This document shows positions 28,838 through 40,456 of a stretch of 62,276 bases of DNA, one piece after another. The translations under genes and the position numbers were made by a program. Within the stretch, counting starts at the first letter, position 1. Each line of letters begins with the position of its first letter. The DNA lies in NCBI GenBank assembly GCA_002498455.1, contig DAHO01000052.1, forward strand, positions 25,527 through 87,802, written 5' to 3'. The DNA comes from Euryarchaeota archaeon UBA602 (GTDB lineage: Archaea; Thermoplasmatota; Poseidoniia; Poseidoniales; Thalassarchaeaceae). The notes beneath the pieces were generated by a model. The model was given only the letters and a program-made list of their open reading frames with translations. It ran no database searches and was not told where the DNA came from.

Positions 28838-29916
28838 AGACGCAAGTCCTCGGCAATGGCGTCGCGGCGATGATGCTCGCATCTAACGCAGACAAGTTAC
28901 CCAATCACAATATCTGTGTCGTTCATCCCGATAACGCCCCGATGGCAAGAGACCACATGCTCGGATTTTGGAACATGGACGGACTGGATCTTGCTGTCGA
29001 AAGCTCAAGGGCTTCATGGTCGACTTGGGCCATCATCACCAGCACGAACAAGAGCGTGCTGCACTCTGAAAAGCACGCCTACCACATCATGCACAAAGCC
29101 AACTACTTGCAAAATTGTCGAAACAAGGCAGAGGAGCATGGTGTTGATTTCATCGAACAGATCGATTTGTCGGCGGATGGTCGTTCACTAACGTTCGATT
29201 CACGTCCACCTAAGGCGAGTAAAAACGCTATGCTTCAACACTTTATTGGTCAAGAAGTCGTTATCGACAAGCCAGTGTTTGATATCTCGACTGCAATTCT
29301 CATGGATTTCCGTGTCGATCAAAGCGAAGGTATGCATTTCATCTATCTCCTGCCTTTTTCGCCGACTCAAGCCCTTGTTGAATCTACACTGTTCACTACC
29401 AAGGTTCTTGAACGAGCATTTTACACCGATGCCATTGAAAACTACCTTCTCGATCACCATGGGGCTTCAATCGTCGACATTGCCCACGAAGAGCAAGGAG
29501 TAATTCCGATGGGAGCGTTATCACCACACGATCCCAAAATCCCTGGTATTGGAGCCAATGCTGGTGCGATTCGACCAGCGAGTGGTTACACGTTCGTGTT
29601 CATACACCAACAGATTCAACGAGCCATCGAAGCGTCAAGGCAAGGAAAACCACTTCGCTTCAAACGACCACACCAGTCTGTTGATGTATGGATGGATGCT
29701 GTTCTTCTCACGGTCTTGAGAAATTGGCCTCAACAGGGACCAAAACTGTTCGCCCGTATGGCGGCATCACTGACTGGGGATGAATTCGTCCGGTTTATGA
29801 GTGGTCAAGCCAACTGGAGATTGCGGTTCAAGGTCATCATGGCAATGCCGAAAATTCCCTTCATCAAGGGTGCCTCTAAACATCTCTTCCAACGGCCAAA
29901 AAAGGTGGTTTCATGA
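28834..29916 (+). CDS. crtY: Lycopene beta-cyclase (CrtY/CrtL type)
   Basis: QHFIGQEV, LMDFRVDQ, FIYLLPFS..QALVEST, EQGVIPM, GANAGAIRPASGYTF; lies between crtB and blh. Confidence 0.88.
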   Translation: MKTQVLGNGVAAMMLASNADKLPNHNICVVHPDNAPMARDHMLGFWNMDGLDLAVESSRASWSTWAIITSTNKSVLHSEKHAYHIMHKANYLQNCRNKAEEHGVDFIEQIDLSADGRSLTFDSRPPKASKNAMLQHFIGQEVVIDKPVFDISTAILMDFRVDQSEGMHFIYLLPFSPTQALVESTLFTTKVLERAFYTDAIENYLLDHHGASIVDIAHEEQGVIPMGALSPHDPKIPGIGANAGAIRPASGYTFVFIHQQIQRAIEASRQGKPLRFKRPHQSVDVWMDAVLLTVLRNWPQQGPKLFARMAASLTGDEFVRFMSGQANWRLRFKVIMAMPKIPFIKGASKHLFQRPKKVVS

Positions 29917-30743
29917 GCCTCTTGGGAGAACTGATGAGTGTTGATCTTCTCAACCTCATCGCTTTGATTGCTATTGTTTTCATCGGCTTGCCTCATGGTG
30001 CGATGGATGGGGCGTTGGCGATTCATCTTGGATGGATGAATCAACCCGTCAAAGCAGCAATGTTCCTACTCGGTTATGTTGGTCTAGCTGCGGTTGTGGT
30101 CGGCTTGTGGTTTCTCGCTCCAGTAATCGGATTCCTCGCGTTTCTTGCCATCAGTTTGTTTCACTTTGGAAGAGGCGACATTGTTCCCCATACAAAGGAA
30201 CACAAAAACGCAGAAGTTGTCATGCGAGGCGGTCTTGTTTTAGCGGGAATCAGTTTGTTTCATCGTACTGAAGTGGATGGAATTTTTGAGATTCTTGTTG
30301 GTAGTAACACCTCGCTTGTGTGGTCCTTCTTACAAGCCGTTGGAGCCCTTACCATCCTCTTGATTCCAATTGTAATCATCTCAAAACCACCATCTGAACG
30401 ACGCTCTTTACTGCTTGAAATCTCCGGTTTTCTCCTGTTGTTCGCATTCGCTCCACCTCTTCTGGGATTTGCGATTTACTTTTGTTGCATCCATTCTGTC
30501 CATCATTTTACACACATGGGGGAGATGCTCAAATCCACCATCCATCAATTCGAGATTACGCGTACGACCGTCCTCTTTTCGTTGATGACATGGGCCGTTG
30601 GTTTACTGATTCTAGCGTATCGATCGGCGTCGGTAGGGGTTGAACCTGCTCTAATTCAAGTGATTTTCATTGGTCTTGCAGCTCTTACCGTACCTCATAT
30701 GATCCTTGTTGATGGAATCGCAAAGCATGAACAGGCTTCCTAA
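29913..30743 (+). CDS. blh: Beta-carotene 15,15'-dioxygenase, Brp/Blh family
   Basis: Multi-TM protein with the four His motifs GLPHGAMD, FHFG, YFCCIHSVHH, LTVPHMILVD. Confidence 0.93.
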   Translation: MSLLGELMSVDLLNLIALIAIVFIGLPHGAMDGALAIHLGWMNQPVKAAMFLLGYVGLAAVVVGLWFLAPVIGFLAFLAISLFHFGRGDIVPHTKEHKNAEVVMRGGLVLAGISLFHRTEVDGIFEILVGSNTSLVWSFLQAVGALTILLIPIVIISKPPSERRSLLLEISGFLLLFAFAPPLLGFAIYFCCIHSVHHFTHMGEMLKSTIHQFEITRTTVLFSLMTWAVGLLILAYRSASVGVEPALIQVIFIGLAALTVPHMILVDGIAKHEQAS

Positions 30744-30813
30744 CGAAGCTGTAACGTTCCGACCACCAGCTTACGCTGGACACGCTATCAAAAGATAAGG
30801 ATCAGTGATGATC

Positions 30814-31830
30814 TCAAACGGATTTAGTCGTTGAAATAACAACTGCTCCAATTTTGTACGGATCTCCATTCGACGCTGGTCTACGATCTTCTAGACGCCC
30901 CTTCCAACCATCTTCAATTGTGCCAATCGGGATTCGAATCGAAGCGCCTCTGTCTGAAACACCATACGAAAACTGGTCGATTGACTGTGTCTCATGTAAT
31001 CCGGTTAGTCGCTGCTCGTTGTGTGCACCATAAACGGACATGTGGGCGTCAATATTTCTTCCGAAGGCTTCACAAATTTCAGTAAACAGTTTCTCGCCGC
31101 CTTCGTCTCTCATTCTTCCATCACTGAAATTGACGTGCATTCCTGAACCATTCCAATCGCCCTTGATTGGCTTTGGATGGTATTCGATGTAATATCCATA
31201 TTTTTCAGTGCATCTATCCAGTAGATATCTAGCGACCCAAAGTTCATCTCCAGCTCGCTTTGCACCCTTAGCGAAAATTTGGAATTCCCATTGCCCACAT
31301 GCTACCTCCTGGTTGATGCCTTCGTAATTGATTCCTGCTTCTAAACACAAGTCAGCGTGTTCTTCGACGAGATCTCGACCGTGGGTGTTCTTACCTCCCA
31401 CTGAACAGTAGTAAAGTCCCTGTGGACCGGGGTATCCGCCTACAGGGAAACCCAAGGGCAGTTGTGTTTGCACATCCATGATGAAATATTCTTGCTCGTA
31501 ACCGAACCAAAAATCATCATCATCTTCTTCGATAGTAGCTCTACCGTTGCTCTTGTGTGGTGTCCCATCTGCATTCAATACTTCACACATTACGAGGAAA
31601 CCATCGACTCTTTGGGGGTCGGGGAAAATTGCGACTGGCTTCAATAGGCAATCAGAATCCCCTCCTTCAGCTTGTTTTGTTGAAGAACCATCAAATGACC
31701 ACATTGGGCAATCCTCAACATTGCCAGAGAAATTTTTCCGAATCAGTGTCTTGCTTCTCATATTCTGTGTCGGTTCGTAACCGTCTAGCCAGATGTATTC
31801 CAGTTTTGCATGTTTAATCATAAAGACCAA
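30814..31830 (-). CDS. glnII: Glutamine synthetase, type II (short form)
   Basis: 338 aa; KLEYIWLDG, WSFDGSST, FGYEQEY, GQWEFQI, GDWNGSGMHVNFS, RLTGLHET, EDRRPASN. Start may be 31821. Confidence 0.92.
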   Translation of the reverse strand: MVFMIKHAKLEYIWLDGYEPTQNMRSKTLIRKNFSGNVEDCPMWSFDGSSTKQAEGGDSDCLLKPVAIFPDPQRVDGFLVMCEVLNADGTPHKSNGRATIEEDDDDFWFGYEQEYFIMDVQTQLPLGFPVGGYPGPQGLYYCSVGGKNTHGRDLVEEHADLCLEAGINYEGINQEVACGQWEFQIFAKGAKRAGDELWVARYLLDRCTEKYGYYIEYHPKPIKGDWNGSGMHVNFSDGRMRDEGGEKLFTEICEAFGRNIDAHMSVYGAHNEQRLTGLHETQSIDQFSYGVSDRGASIRIPIGTIEDGWKGRLEDRRPASNGDPYKIGAVVISTTKSV

Positions 31831-31834
31831 ACTG

Positions 31835-33516
<1,682 letters not shown>

Positions 33517-33525
33517 ATTATTTTA

Positions 33526-33960
33526 TCAAAATCCGATTGTATCCAAAAGGATGAAGAATGCTATAGCGAGGCAAATGAACCCGAAAATTGCATTCCCCAA
33601 GAGTCCGAATATACTCTTTGTCGTGCTTTGACCCTGTTCACTTTGCCAGGTAGCTTTGCTATTGTAGTAAGCTGCATCAAGCATCAATCCAATGGCCCAA
33701 ATAAAACTACACAATCCGCATGCCAAATCTTCCTGAAATAAGAAAAATCCAACGAGAACATAAACACCAATCCCCACAGTCATTACAATGTATGAGATGT
33801 GGCGAAAATTGGTATCAGGCTTGAATTTAGGATTGGGGACATAGAGTACCTGCTGCCCGACTTGCCCAGTCAGAACTTGCTGTTGTGATTTAGGGGTTCC
33901 AACCACAACTTGATTTTGAGGTTGTTTTTCATCACTCGACCAAGGTGCAGTAGTTTCCAA
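33526..33960 (-). CDS. Hypothetical membrane protein (3 TM)
   Basis: 144-aa ORF with TTG start after AGGTGA and three hydrophobic segments. Confidence 0.6.
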   Translation of the reverse strand: METTAPWSSDEKQPQNQVVVGTPKSQQQVLTGQVGQQVLYVPNPKFKPDTNFRHISYIVMTVGIGVYVLVGFFLFQEDLACGLCSFIWAIGLMLDAAYYNSKATWQSEQGQSTTKSIFGLLGNAIFGFICLAIAFFILLDTIGF

Positions 33961-33968
33961 AAAATCAC

Positions 33969-34214
33969 CTAGATGGCAGTAGGTGCGACGTGATCATCAT
34001 CCTTGTCATCAGGTGTCCGAACACGATTCCAGACATTTGACATCAAGTTGGAATGGCATTTGGCACAATAATGGAACCGTCTGTAGGCTTCATGAAATGA
34101 GTACGCCTTCTTTCCCGTAGCCACTAGAAATCCCTCGGGTGAGAGTCTCGAGATGGTTGTTCCATCTTCATCGCAACCAGGATAATCACAGCGCGGCATC
34201 GAATTCACAGACAT
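33969..34214 (-). CDS. Small putative zinc-binding protein
   Basis: 81 aa with CDYPGC and HYCAKC; GGAAGG upstream. Confidence 0.6.
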   Translation of the reverse strand: MSVNSMPRCDYPGCDEDGTTISRLSPEGFLVATGKKAYSFHEAYRRFHYCAKCHSNLMSNVWNRVRTPDDKDDDHVAPTAI

Positions 34215-34233
34215 GCCTACACTTCCTTCCTAT

Positions 34234-34638
34234 TCAACCCTCGTCCTGCACTGGAGGTGTGATGACTACGAGTGGGACATTTGCTTCAACATTCATTCCA
34301 TCCTCACAATGGACTTCACTCACAGTTCCTGAAATGGGTGCAGCGACTTCATTTTGCATTTTCATCGCCTCCAAAATTAGAATCGTTTGTCCTTCTTCAA
34401 CGGATTCTCCAACACTGACTTCTACCGTCACCACTTTGCCTGGCATACTTGCACTGACTGTACCACTTCGTTTTCGTCCACCAGCGGAACCACGCTTTCG
34501 GGGGGCAGAACCCTTCGCTTCTGGAATGATAAAATCGAATGTGCGTCCTTCAATGGTGGCCCGATAGTTTTCTCCATCGACCTCAACATCGACTTCAAAC
34601 TCTTCACCATCAATGATGACTTTTCGTTTTTCTCCGAT
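34234..34638 (-). CDS. Biotin carboxyl carrier protein
   Basis: ASMPGKVV, ILEAMKMQNEV biotinylation motif. Start uncertain (see findings). Confidence 0.92.
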   Translation of the reverse strand: MGEKRKVIIDGEEFEVDVEVDGENYRATIEGRTFDFIIPEAKGSAPRKRGSAGGRKRSGTVSASMPGKVVTVEVSVGESVEEGQTILILEAMKMQNEVAAPISGTVSEVHCEDGMNVEANVPLVVITPPVQDEG

Positions 34639-34642
34639 TGTC

Positions 34643-34918
34643 TCACCTCCATGTTGAACGCTTGCGACGATTCTCAAGCACATTGGTCGTACCCATTCTT
34701 GTTCTTCGATGATCTTGACTCCACGCAGGACCCAACGTTCGTCCCTGCTGGCTTCGTTCATCGACCACAGTGGCCATTGAAAATACAGCTACCAGGGCAG
34801 CTGCGCGTAACAATTCCTCGCGGCCAGTAGGAACCTCCTGAGGGGGAGTTTCTATCTCGCGTTCTCGCGCGGTTTTCAGGACACTCTCCAAGGATTTTGC
34901 ATAGGAATCAGAACTCAT
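34643..34918 (-). CDS. Small protein, possible accessory subunit of acyl-CoA carboxylase
   Basis: 91 aa between the carboxyltransferase and BCCP genes; AAALVAV helix followed by a W...R-rich tail. Confidence 0.6.
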   Translation of the reverse strand: MSSDSYAKSLESVLKTAREREIETPPQEVPTGREELLRAAALVAVFSMATVVDERSQQGRTLGPAWSQDHRRTRMGTTNVLENRRKRSTWR

Positions 34919-34927
34919 TGCAATTCC

Positions 34928-36481
34928 TCACAGTGGGATGTTTCCGTGCTTTCTTGCCGGCCTTGTTTCTTCCTTGTCCAAGAGCATACCAAGGGCCTTC
35001 ACCAAACGATTTCGAGTATCACTCGGCTCGATGACATCATCAATGTAGCCCATGGCAGCAGCTTGGTAAGGGTTGGCGAATCTCTCAGTATACTCGTCGA
35101 CCAATCGCTGGCGCTCTTCATCAGGATTTCCAGCGGCTTGGATTCGTCTTCGATGAATGATTTGTACGGCACCATCCGCGCCCATGACGGCAAGTTCTGC
35201 AGTGGGCCAAGCCACATTGTAATCTGCTCGTATGTGTTTTGAACACATTACGTCGTAAGCTCCACCATAGGCCTTTCTCATGATTACCGTCATCTTTGGA
35301 ACCGTAGCTTCTGAATATGCGTACAACAATTTCGCACCATGACGGATAATTCCTCCCCATTCTTGGTTCGCCCCAGGGAGGAATCCGGGCACGTCAACCA
35401 AAGTCACCAGTGGGATTCCGAATGCGTCACAGAATCTGACAAATCGAGCGGCCTTCGTGGACGCATCAATATCTAGACAACCGGCCAGAACCTTGGGTTG
35501 ATTGGCGACGACTCCAATTGTCGTACCATTTAGTCGACCAAAACCGACGACAATATTTGCAGCAAAGTTGGCCTGAACTTCAAGGAATGCACCTGAATCA
35601 AGAATCTCAGAAATGACATCATTGACATCGTAGGGCTTGTTTGGATCTTCAGGTACAATCGAATCGAGTGATTCACACATTCGAGTTGCCGAATCTCCAG
35701 TGCCCTTGTGTGGCGCACCTGAGAGATTGTTTGAGGGTAGAAGGCCAATCAATTCCCGTGTCAACTCAATGGCATCTTCATCCGTCGACGCTGTAAAGTG
35801 AGTGACTCCTGACTTACTCCCATGCGTCATGGCTCCTCCGAGATCTTCGAACGAGACTTCTTCATTTGTGACTGTCTTGATGACCTCAGGGCCGGTGATG
35901 AACATGTGAGATGTTTGATCGACCATGATAACAAAATCAGTAATGGCTGGACTGTATACGGCTCCACCTGCGCACGGGCCCATGATTACACTAATCTGAG
36001 GTATGACTCCACTCGCACGAACATTCCGAAAGAAAATCTCAGCATATGAACCCAGGCTAGCAACTCCTTCCTGGATTCTCGCCCCGCCCGAATCGTTCAA
36101 GCCAATCACCGGAGTGCCTGATTTCATGGCCATATCGAGAATTTTGCAAATCTTGAGACCATGCATTTCACCCAAACTGCCACCATAAACAGTAAAATCC
36201 TGGGCAAAGCAATGCACAGGTTTGCCATCAATTGTACCGTGACCACAAACGACGCCATCTCCGGGGATGATATTCCCTTCCATGCCAAAATCAGTACATC
36301 GATGTTCGACCAGAGCATCGACTTCTTGGAACGAACCTTCGTCGAGCAGTAATTCCAATCGTTCTCTGGCAGTTAACTTCCCCCGGTTATGTTGCGCATC
36401 GATGCGCTGGGACCCGCCACCAGCTTCTGATTGGGCCTTTCTCCGGCGCAATTCATCGAGTCGTTCGTCTGCTGCCCCCAT
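34928..36481 (-). CDS. pccB: Acyl-CoA carboxyltransferase (propionyl-CoA carboxylase beta / methylmalonyl-CoA decarboxylase alpha family)
   Basis: [54 protein letters not shown]. Start at MGAADERL. Confidence 0.93.
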   Translation of the reverse strand: MGAADERLDELRRRKAQSEAGGGSQRIDAQHNRGKLTARERLELLLDEGSFQEVDALVEHRCTDFGMEGNIIPGDGVVCGHGTIDGKPVHCFAQDFTVYGGSLGEMHGLKICKILDMAMKSGTPVIGLNDSGGARIQEGVASLGSYAEIFFRNVRASGVIPQISVIMGPCAGGAVYSPAITDFVIMVDQTSHMFITGPEVIKTVTNEEVSFEDLGGAMTHGSKSGVTHFTASTDEDAIELTRELIGLLPSNNLSGAPHKGTGDSATRMCESLDSIVPEDPNKPYDVNDVISEILDSGAFLEVQANFAANIVVGFGRLNGTTIGVVANQPKVLAGCLDIDASTKAARFVRFCDAFGIPLVTLVDVPGFLPGANQEWGGIIRHGAKLLYAYSEATVPKMTVIMRKAYGGAYDVMCSKHIRADYNVAWPTAELAVMGADGAVQIIHRRRIQAAGNPDEERQRLVDEYTERFANPYQAAAMGYIDDVIEPSDTRNRLVKALGMLLDKEETRPARKHGNIPL

Positions 36482-36588
36482 GGCCCTCAGCACCTCCGTT
36501 GTCACAAGCCGCCCATGAAGATAGCCCCCTCTGGGGGCTGTTTTTCTCATCCGTGGGGTTCAAGTCGTTATCCCGGCTCGACTCAAAT

Positions 36589-36981
36589 ATGCCAACACCT
36601 TTGCGCATCGTGATTGCCAAACCCGGCTTGGACGGTCATGACCGTGGTGCCAAGGTTGTTGCAAGAGCCCTTAGGGATGCGGGACATGAAGTGATTTACA
36701 CGGGACTTCGTCGAACTCCTGAACAGATTGTACGAATTGCAATGGATGAAGACGCTCAGGTGGTCGGTCTTTCTTCGTTATCGGGAGCGCATGGTTTCTT
36801 ATTTCCCAAAGTCTGTGAATTGCTTCGCAAAGCTGGACTTGAAGATGTGGTTGTATTTGGTGGTGGAATCATTCCAGAACGCGATCGACCAGCGCTGTAT
36901 AAATCCGGAATTTCAGCAATATTCGGGCCCGGGACCACATCTAGTGAGATGATTGAATTTCTGAACAATCTGGAGGTGTGA
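36589..36981 (+). CDS. Methylmalonyl-CoA mutase cobalamin-binding (small) subunit
   Basis: [24 protein letters not shown]12-binding DxHxxG motif; GGGIIP; IFGPGT. Confidence 0.94.
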   Translation: MPTPLRIVIAKPGLDGHDRGAKVVARALRDAGHEVIYTGLRRTPEQIVRIAMDEDAQVVGLSSLSGAHGFLFPKVCELLRKAGLEDVVVFGGGIIPERDRPALYKSGISAIFGPGTTSSEMIEFLNNLEV

Positions 36982-37802
36982 ATATGAATCGGCGCGAGCT
37001 TGCTCGGGCACTTTCGAATCCAGAATCAATTGTTGCATCCGAGCGCCCCAAGAATCCGTGGTGTGTTCTTGGTGTGACGGGTGCACCAGGCGTTGGAAAA
37101 TCCTGCCTGGTCGATCAAATTGTAAAAGGGTGGCTTGCGGGTGGAGAGAAAGTTGCTATACTGGCCGTTGACCCCTCTTCACCTATCTCAGGAGGGGCTC
37201 TACTTGGCGACAGGATGCGAATGTCTTCAGTCGATGCAGGGGAGAATGTATTCTTTCGCTCTATAGCAACCAGAAACTTGCCTGGCGGAGTTCCATCTCA
37301 CTTGAATAAGATGGTGGATTTACTGATTGAACAGGGCTGGACCAAAGTCATCATTGAAACGGTTGGGGCGGGCCAATCAGAAATTCGTGTTGTTGCCGTT
37401 GCGGATCGTATTCTATTGGTCGAAGGTCCTGCACGCGGAGATGTTATTCAGGCTGAGAAGGCAGGTATTCTCGAGTTGGCCGATATTGTAGCAGTGAATA
37501 AGTGCGATTTGGAAGGTGCTGATCGAGTTGCCGAAGAGATACGCTTGTCTCTGAATTTTTCTGCGGATGAGCCCGCACCAGTTATCCTTTGCTCCGCAGA
37601 AACTGGAGAGGGTATCGAGGACCTCCTCGAAACCATCAACACATTGTCTTGTGCGAAGGGGCCAACCATTGCCAAAGCGAGGGAACGCCTTTTGGCCGCA
37701 CATCAGGAATTGATGCTTAATCACCCAAATTTCACCGATGCAGTCAAGGGCTTGTCTGACGGACGGTATACTGTTGAAGAAGCTCTTCAACGGCTTAGAT
37801 GA
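36978..37802 (+). CDS. meaB: MeaB/ArgK GTPase chaperone of methylmalonyl-CoA mutase
   Basis: [44 protein letters not shown]. Confidence 0.93.
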   Translation: MNMNRRELARALSNPESIVASERPKNPWCVLGVTGAPGVGKSCLVDQIVKGWLAGGEKVAILAVDPSSPISGGALLGDRMRMSSVDAGENVFFRSIATRNLPGGVPSHLNKMVDLLIEQGWTKVIIETVGAGQSEIRVVAVADRILLVEGPARGDVIQAEKAGILELADIVAVNKCDLEGADRVAEEIRLSLNFSADEPAPVILCSAETGEGIEDLLETINTLSCAKGPTIAKARERLLAAHQELMLNHPNFTDAVKGLSDGRYTVEEALQRLR

Positions 37803-37811
37803 GGTCCGGGA

Positions 37812-38477
37812 ATGTCCGAAATACAGTTTGACGCCGATGCAGAAATCGAGTATGATGGGGATCACGTAAAGCATAGTGTAGGTGGCAAAGGAGGACACAT
37901 TTTTCGTCGCCTATTCCACGTATCGATGGCTTTTCTTCCATGGATATACTACGTTCATGGAGAGACGATTGGTCAGTTACTTTCCATCCAGCCTGTACAG
38001 TTCGCGGCTGCGATTGGAATCACCCTTTTGATTCTCGAAATGATTCGAATCCGTTTTGGGATTTTGATTTTCGGGCAGCGAGAATATGAGAAAAATCAGA
38101 TCAGTGCCCTCGCTTGGGGTTCACTTTCAATTTCAATGACATTCGTTGCACTTCACAATTGGCAAGGTGGGGATGGAGTTCACGATGGGTGGTTGGTCAT
38201 CCCCATTGTGTTGTGTTTGACGTTTGGGGATCCTGCGATGGGGGAGGCTCGTCGTAAGGGACTTGATGATCGAACAGTGTTTGCAATCGGGACCATCGTT
38301 TGTGGCGTAACTTGGCTCGGCTGTGGTTATTTCTTCGGAACACCTTACTGGATGGCAATTTTGATGGGGCCACTGACCACAGCTGCAGAATGGCCAAAAC
38401 TTCGATGGATTGATGACAATGGAACCATGGTTCTCATTCCATTGGCGGTGACCATTTTGTTGGCACCATTCCTGTAA
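37812..38477 (+). CDS. Membrane protein, dolichol/phytol kinase-like (CTP-dependent polyprenol kinase family)
   Basis: RRLFHV, REYEK, LTFGDPA, DDNGTMVLIP; multiple TMs. Confidence 0.6.
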   Translation: MSEIQFDADAEIEYDGDHVKHSVGGKGGHIFRRLFHVSMAFLPWIYYVHGETIGQLLSIQPVQFAAAIGITLLILEMIRIRFGILIFGQREYEKNQISALAWGSLSISMTFVALHNWQGGDGVHDGWLVIPIVLCLTFGDPAMGEARRKGLDDRTVFAIGTIVCGVTWLGCGYFFGTPYWMAILMGPLTTAAEWPKLRWIDDNGTMVLIPLAVTILLAPFL

Positions 38478-38527
38478 GCATCCAGTTTACACGCTACGTT
38501 TACAAAGCGAATTCAGGTGGGCAAACC

Positions 38528-38641
38528 ATGTCAGAAGAAGCAGAACCACTGTCCGATGATGCACCCGGTCAAGGGCTCTACATTTTCGCGTACCTGTTTT
38601 CGATGGCGGCTTTGGCAGTGACCATGTTCCTATACACGTAA
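38528..38641 (+). CDS. 37-aa single-TM small protein (below ORF-track cutoff)
   Basis: MSEEAEPLSDDAPGQGLYIFAYLFSMAALAVTMFLYT*, preceded by AGGTGG; fills an otherwise empty gap. Confidence 0.55.
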   Translation: MSEEAEPLSDDAPGQGLYIFAYLFSMAALAVTMFLYT

Positions 38642-38692
38642 TTCTGTAAGATTCGACCACGCCTTGAAATGCGTTGACATAGGCCCATGGTC

Positions 38693-40456
38693 ATGTGCGG
38701 TATCGCTGGAATCTTCGGCCCCAATGGGGACGATTCAGCCTTGGCACAATCTATGGCCGCAATGCTGAATCATCGTGGTCCTGACGGAATACAATCGTGG
38801 TCTGAACCCTGTCAACACGGTGGCGTAGGGTTAGGTCACACACGATTGTCAATTGTTGACGTTGCCGGTTCGACTCAACCGCTACACTCGGATGATGGTT
38901 GTGTGTTGGTAATGAATGGAGAAATTTACAATCATCAACAAATCCGTAATGATGAACGAGGATTTTCTTTTCGAACTCAGGGAGATGGTGAATCCATTTT
39001 AGCAGCTTACGCTGCACGGCACGATGATGTTTCTTGGGTCCAACGCTTGGATGGAATATGGTCATTCGCACTTTGGGATTCTGCTCGACAAGTCCTCATC
39101 TTGTGTCGCGATCGTTTGGGTGTGAAGCCCTTGGTTCGGACCCAAAATACAGATGGCAATCTGTTGTTTGGTTCTGAAGTCAAGTCGTTGCGAGCTTATT
39201 CTGAATATCATTCTACCATCGATATGAATGCTCTTGTTGCACGTATTGCCTTCGAGTATCCATTGGATCAAACAACATTGTTTGAGGACGTCCACTCAGT
39301 GGAGCCGGGTTCCATCGAAACTTGGAAACTGACTGAAAATGGAGCACAATTGGAACAAAGGAATCGATGGATTGATTCTTATTTATCCAATCCTCAGAAA
39401 TCATGGAATCCGACAGAAGACGCCTCGATTTTACTCGAATCATTGACTCAATCGGTGGCTGATCGTTTAATGTCGGATGTTCCTTTGGGAATTGTCCTCA
39501 GTGGTGGTCTAGACTCGGCCATGGTGGCTGCCATTTCTCACGAAGCCTCACGACGAACGGGCTACCCTCTTCCCGCATGTTGGACGGTTGCAGAATCTGA
39601 AGATAATCCAGACTGGAAAGCGGCTGAAATCGTTTGTCAAGCACTCGACTTGGAGCACCATCAGCACGTACTTGAGGACAATAGCTTCAATCGTTCGCTG
39701 CCTAACTTGTCTTGGCATGGTGAAGATTTGGACATCACTGTACTGTTCTTCCAACCCCTCTTTTCGACGATGTCAAAATCGGTCAAAGTTGGATTGTGTG
39801 GACAGGGTGCGGATGAGTTGCATGCTGGATATCCTCGATACAAGGATCTAACCAGCCATCGACTTTCGATTGATTCAAGATTGGATGCATGTGAACATCC
39901 GTTCGCAAATCGATTGCGGGGAGGGAAAATTGTTGAAGATGGATGGTCTGGAAATCACAATCCGAGCACCGTTTTTTCAAGTTTACACTCGGCTCTGGAT
40001 TACGAAATGAATCATGGGCAATTGACAAATTTTCAGTTACGACTGGTCGATCGACATAGCATGGCTCACGGACTTGAAGTTCGGGTTCCTTTCCTCGGAC
40101 AGCCACATGTAGGTGCATCTTCCGACCTTCCACTGGATTGGAAGCTCTCACCCGATGTGGAAAAGTTGGCTTTACGAGCCGCCGCAGATTTGACTCGATT
40201 GCCAAAAGAAATTGTCAATCGTCCGAAATTGCCTGCGGGTCGTGCAACATCTCCGACCATGATCGAGAATTTATTGGAAGAGTTGCATGGGCATGCATTG
40301 CAATACGCCAATGATTTCCCACAATTGGCAGGGATGTTCAAAGATCAGCCTGAAATCTCACTTGGCCTGAGGTTGTTCCGTTCCTTGCATATCACCGATG
40401 GTGGAGTCGGTCGTGAACACAAAGATTTGATGACCCTATTGGAGGATGTTGAATGA
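38693..40456 (+). CDS. asnB: Asparagine synthetase B-family glutamine amidotransferase
   Basis: MCGIAGI N-terminal nucleophile, HRGPD, LGHTRLSIVD, NGEIYN, RDRLGVKPL, LSGGLDS, GQGADELHAGY, LEVRVPFL. Confidence 0.9.
   Translation: MCGIAGIFGPNGDDSALAQSMAAMLNHRGPDGIQSWSEPCQHGGVGLGHTRLSIVDVAGSTQPLHSDDGCVLVMNGEIYNHQQIRNDERGFSFRTQGDGESILAAYAARHDDVSWVQRLDGIWSFALWDSARQVLILCRDRLGVKPLVRTQNTDGNLLFGSEVKSLRAYSEYHSTIDMNALVARIAFEYPLDQTTLFEDVHSVEPGSIETWKLTENGAQLEQRNRWIDSYLSNPQKSWNPTEDASILLESLTQSVADRLMSDVPLGIVLSGGLDSAMVAAISHEASRRTGYPLPACWTVAESEDNPDWKAAEIVCQALDLEHHQHVLEDNSFNRSLPNLSWHGEDLDITVLFFQPLFSTMSKSVKVGLCGQGADELHAGYPRYKDLTSHRLSIDSRLDACEHPFANRLRGGKIVEDGWSGNHNPSTVFSSLHSALDYEMNHGQLTNFQLRLVDRHSMAHGLEVRVPFLGQPHVGASSDLPLDWKLSPDVEKLALRAAADLTRLPKEIVNRPKLPAGRATSPTMIENLLEELHGHALQYANDFPQLAGMFKDQPEISLGLRLFRSLHITDGGVGREHKDLMTLLEDVE

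Noticed and set aside
26150..30813. Proteorhodopsin gene beside the crt cluster
   Set aside because: The flanking gaps are too short, and no 7-TM ORF with RYxDW or DxxxK motifs is present.
36523..36545. Intrinsic terminator AGCCCCC-TCT-GGGGGCT plus T-run
   Set aside because: It lies between divergent gene starts with no transcript to terminate. It could be an operator, but nothing else supports that.
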